Below are positions 35,849-38,024 of a stretch of DNA of 38,024 nt, piece by piece. Made by a program: the position numbers and the translations under genes. Source of the stretch: Chthoniobacteraceae bacterium (GTDB lineage: Bacteria > Verrucomicrobiota > Verrucomicrobiia > Chthoniobacterales > Chthoniobacteraceae). The notes beneath the pieces are model-generated. The model made no database searches, was not told the origin of the DNA, and was given only the letters and a program-made list of their open reading frames with translations. The stretch is from the NCBI GenBank assembly GCA_031409655.1, contig JANNXQ010000175.1, forward strand, positions 1 through 38,024, in the 5' to 3' direction. Position 1 is the first letter of the stretch. Each line of letters starts with the position of its first letter.

Positions 35849-37117
35849 TCACTTCGGGGATTGTGGCCGAGCCCGGTAGCGCTCGGAGAGACGCGTGTGG
35901 CGGGACTCGAGGGATTGTTCGGCGCCGCTGATCCACAGACGCTTCACCTCGCTGCGGATGTCGAGGATGTCGCCGGTGGCGGCGAAGAAGGTCGCGTCCT
36001 TGCCGGGCTCGATGCTGCCGAGCCGGTCACCGACGCCGTGAAGTTGCGCCGGGATGAGGGTGATGGCGGCGAGCGCGGCCTCGGCAGGCAGGCCGAAGGT
36101 GGCGGCCTGCGCGGCGAGGTAGGGGAGATTGCGCTGCTGTGAGGCGTTGCCGCCGCTGATCGCGACGGTCACGCCGGCTCCGTGCAGCACGCCGGGGGCG
36201 CGGAATTGCACGTCGTAGGCGTCGGAACCGCGTGGGCGCAGGGTGAAGACTTCGCTGTAGATCACGGCGACTTTTCTCCGCGCGAGTTCCTCGGCGAGCA
36301 TCCAGGCATCGCGAGCGCCGACGAGGACGAGGCGCAGCTTCGCGCGCGGCTCGGACCACTTCAGCGCGGCGCGGATTTCGCGCACGCCGTCAGCGTGAAT
36401 CATGAGCGGCACTTCGCCGCGCAGCACGGGGCGCATCGCCATCCACGCGGGCACGACCGCGCTGCCGGCGGAGCGTTTCTCCCACGCCTCGGCGTCGGCG
36501 AAGAACTGCTCGATGGTCCGCACTTTCTCGCGCCGCTCGCGGGCCTGCTCGTCGAGCGGTTTGGTTTTCTCGGGAGCACCGGGGCCGGGGATGGTGAGCG
36601 AGTGATCCGGCCAGAAGAGGTGCATCGCCGATTTCTTGCGCACGACCATTTCCTCGATCGTCCACCCGCAAGCGGCGACGAGTCCCGAGGTGCCCGCGAG
36701 CAGCTTGCCCTGCGGAACGGGGGCGAAGTGCGTGAGGCCATTCGCGCGGGCGACGGGGATGAGTTCGGAGTCGGGATTCACCGCCGTCCACGACTCGACC
36801 TCGGGGGTGAAGTCGCCCGTCTCGCGATCATCGACCGTGGCGCGCACGCCGCCGATTTCCACGAGCCCGAGATCGGTGGCCGCGCTGATGAGGCCGGGGA
36901 AAAGATGCAGCCCCGCGAGGTCCACGGTGCGATCCGCAGGCTCGTCGATCCGCGCAGCGACGGCGGTGATCTTTCCATCGCGCACCAGCACGTCACCGGG
37001 GGTGAGCGTGCCCTTGGCCACGGTATGCACCGTCGCGCCGCGCAGCAGCAGCGTCTCGGAGTGCGCCGCGAAAACCAACGTCAGCAGGGCCAGGAACGAG
37101 GCGGTCAGTTTTTCCAT
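35849..37117 (-). CDS. secreted amidohydrolase-family protein (HxH motif absent)
   Basis: Signal peptide; GDVLVRDGKI.AV; DL.G..LFPGLI; AL..IT..PA...G..DRLGSIEPGKDA; D.LD. Confidence 0.88.
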   Translation of the reverse strand: MEKLTASFLALLTLVFAAHSETLLLRGATVHTVAKGTLTPGDVLVRDGKITAVAARIDEPADRTVDLAGLHLFPGLISAATDLGLVEIGGVRATVDDRETGDFTPEVESWTAVNPDSELIPVARANGLTHFAPVPQGKLLAGTSGLVAACGWTIEEMVVRKKSAMHLFWPDHSLTIPGPGAPEKTKPLDEQARERREKVRTIEQFFADAEAWEKRSAGSAVVPAWMAMRPVLRGEVPLMIHADGVREIRAALKWSEPRAKLRLVLVGARDAWMLAEELARRKVAVIYSEVFTLRPRGSDAYDVQFRAPGVLHGAGVTVAISGGNASQQRNLPYLAAQAATFGLPAEAALAAITLIPAQLHGVGDRLGSIEPGKDATFFAATGDILDIRSEVKRLWISGAEQSLESRHTRLSERYRARPQSPK

Positions 37118-38024
37118 GGCATCTGGTGGTCGAGGCAGCAGCCGGTGCATTGCAGGCCCGCACGGTCTTCGAGGGCGCGGAAGAAAAATTTCTCCTGCGC
37201 CTTCGCCGCTGCGGGATCGCCGCCCGGTTCGCTCGCGAGCTTCTTTGCTTTTTCGATGAGCGTGAGGCGCTCGGCATTCCGGGCGTCGGCGCGGCGCTGG
37301 GCGGCGGCGCGCTCGAAGTATTGTTTTCCGTCGATCCACGTCTCCAGACACAGGCTCGACGTCGCGAGCGGACTCCCGCTCCACACCGCGAAGTCGCCGT
37401 CTTTTCCCACCTCGAGCGAGCCAACCCTCTGGTCGATGCCGAGCTGCTTCGCGGGATTGAAGGTCACGAATTTCAGCGCCTCGTCCTCGGGCGTGCCGCC
37501 GTATTTCACGGCCTTCGCGGCTTCGAGATTCATGCGCCGCGCGTGGTCGGAGGAGTCGGAGTTGAAGGACACATTCACCCCGCGCTCGCGCATGATGCTG
37601 CCCGCATACGGGATCGCGTCATAGACCTCGAACTTGAACGCCCACCAGTCCGAAAACGCCGACGCGCCCGCGCCGTGCTTCGCGATTTCATCGGCGACTT
37701 TGTAGCCCTCGAGGATGTGCTGCAGCGTCGCCACGCGGACGCCGAAGCTCTCCATCACGCGGAGAAAAGCGACGATCTCGTCCTGCCGATAGCTGTGGCA
37801 GTGGACGAGCCGCTCGCCGCGGATGATCTCGGCAATGGCTTCGAGTTCGAGGTCGCGGCGCACCGGCGGTCCGCCTTTCGCCAGTGCGGCGGCGTAGTGC
37901 TGCGCGGCGGTGAAGCGGTTTGTGTGAAAGGCTGGCACGCCCATGCGCGTCTGCGGGAAGCGGTACTTAAAGGCGTCGCCCCAGTTCGATTGCTTCACGT
38001 TTTCGCCGAGGGCGAATTTGATGC
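37105..38024 (-). CDS. amidohydrolase-family protein, C-terminal part (5' end outside the window)
   Basis: IKFALGENVK, FPQTRMGV, HCHSYRQDEI, QHILEGYK, SDWWAFKFE, NSDS, GSLEVGKDGD. It overlaps the next gene by 13 nt. Confidence 0.9.
   Translation of the reverse strand, partial: IKFALGENVKQSNWGDAFKYRFPQTRMGVPAFHTNRFTAAQHYAAALAKGGPPVRRDLELEAIAEIIRGERLVHCHSYRQDEIVAFLRVMESFGVRVATLQHILEGYKVADEIAKHGAGASAFSDWWAFKFEVYDAIPYAGSIMRERGVNVSFNSDSSDHARRMNLEAAKAVKYGGTPEDEALKFVTFNPAKQLGIDQRVGSLEVGKDGDFAVWSGSPLATSSLCLETWIDGKQYFERAAAQRRADARNAERLTLIEKAKKLASEPGGDPAAAKAQEKFFFRALEDRAGLQCTGCCLDHQMPWKN

Overview
High-GC bacterial chromosomal window, probably Verrucomicrobiota (Chthoniobacterales-like). This assignment is an inference from the ECF/Ser-Thr kinase module, the lineage-style secreted-protein C-termini and the repeat types. 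It holds about 24 CDSs. In order: the 5' end of an IS5-family element abutting the stop codon of a TonB-dependent receptor; that receptor, with a near-consensus sigma54 promoter, divergent from an HK/NtrC-type two-component pair; a putative lipoprotein; glgP; a TIM-barrel / LPG-synthase-like / RibD-C / SRPBCC cyclase / ketosynthase run; two tandem secreted beta-propeller + Ig proteins downstream of an ECF sigma factor and a membrane Ser/Thr kinase; uvrB with a ~60-aa insertion; a PduO-type adenosyltransferase; a sulfatase; a BNR sialidase-like protein; a Tat Rieske protein; a 1326-aa multidomain surface protein; a GH10; and an amidohydrolase pair. The most striking signals are non-coding. (i) Two unrelated MITE-like shells, each with terminal inverted repeats and a perfect 8-bp target-site duplication, each carry an inverted array of 7- or 9-mer tandem repeats; several free-standing arrays of the same design also occur, some translated into protein ends or into UvrB. 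(ii) There are four REP doublets of three families. (iii) A shared GAAACTTT-N11-TCGCAA motif precedes both the kinase gene and the propeller-protein operon, suggesting a local ECF regulon.
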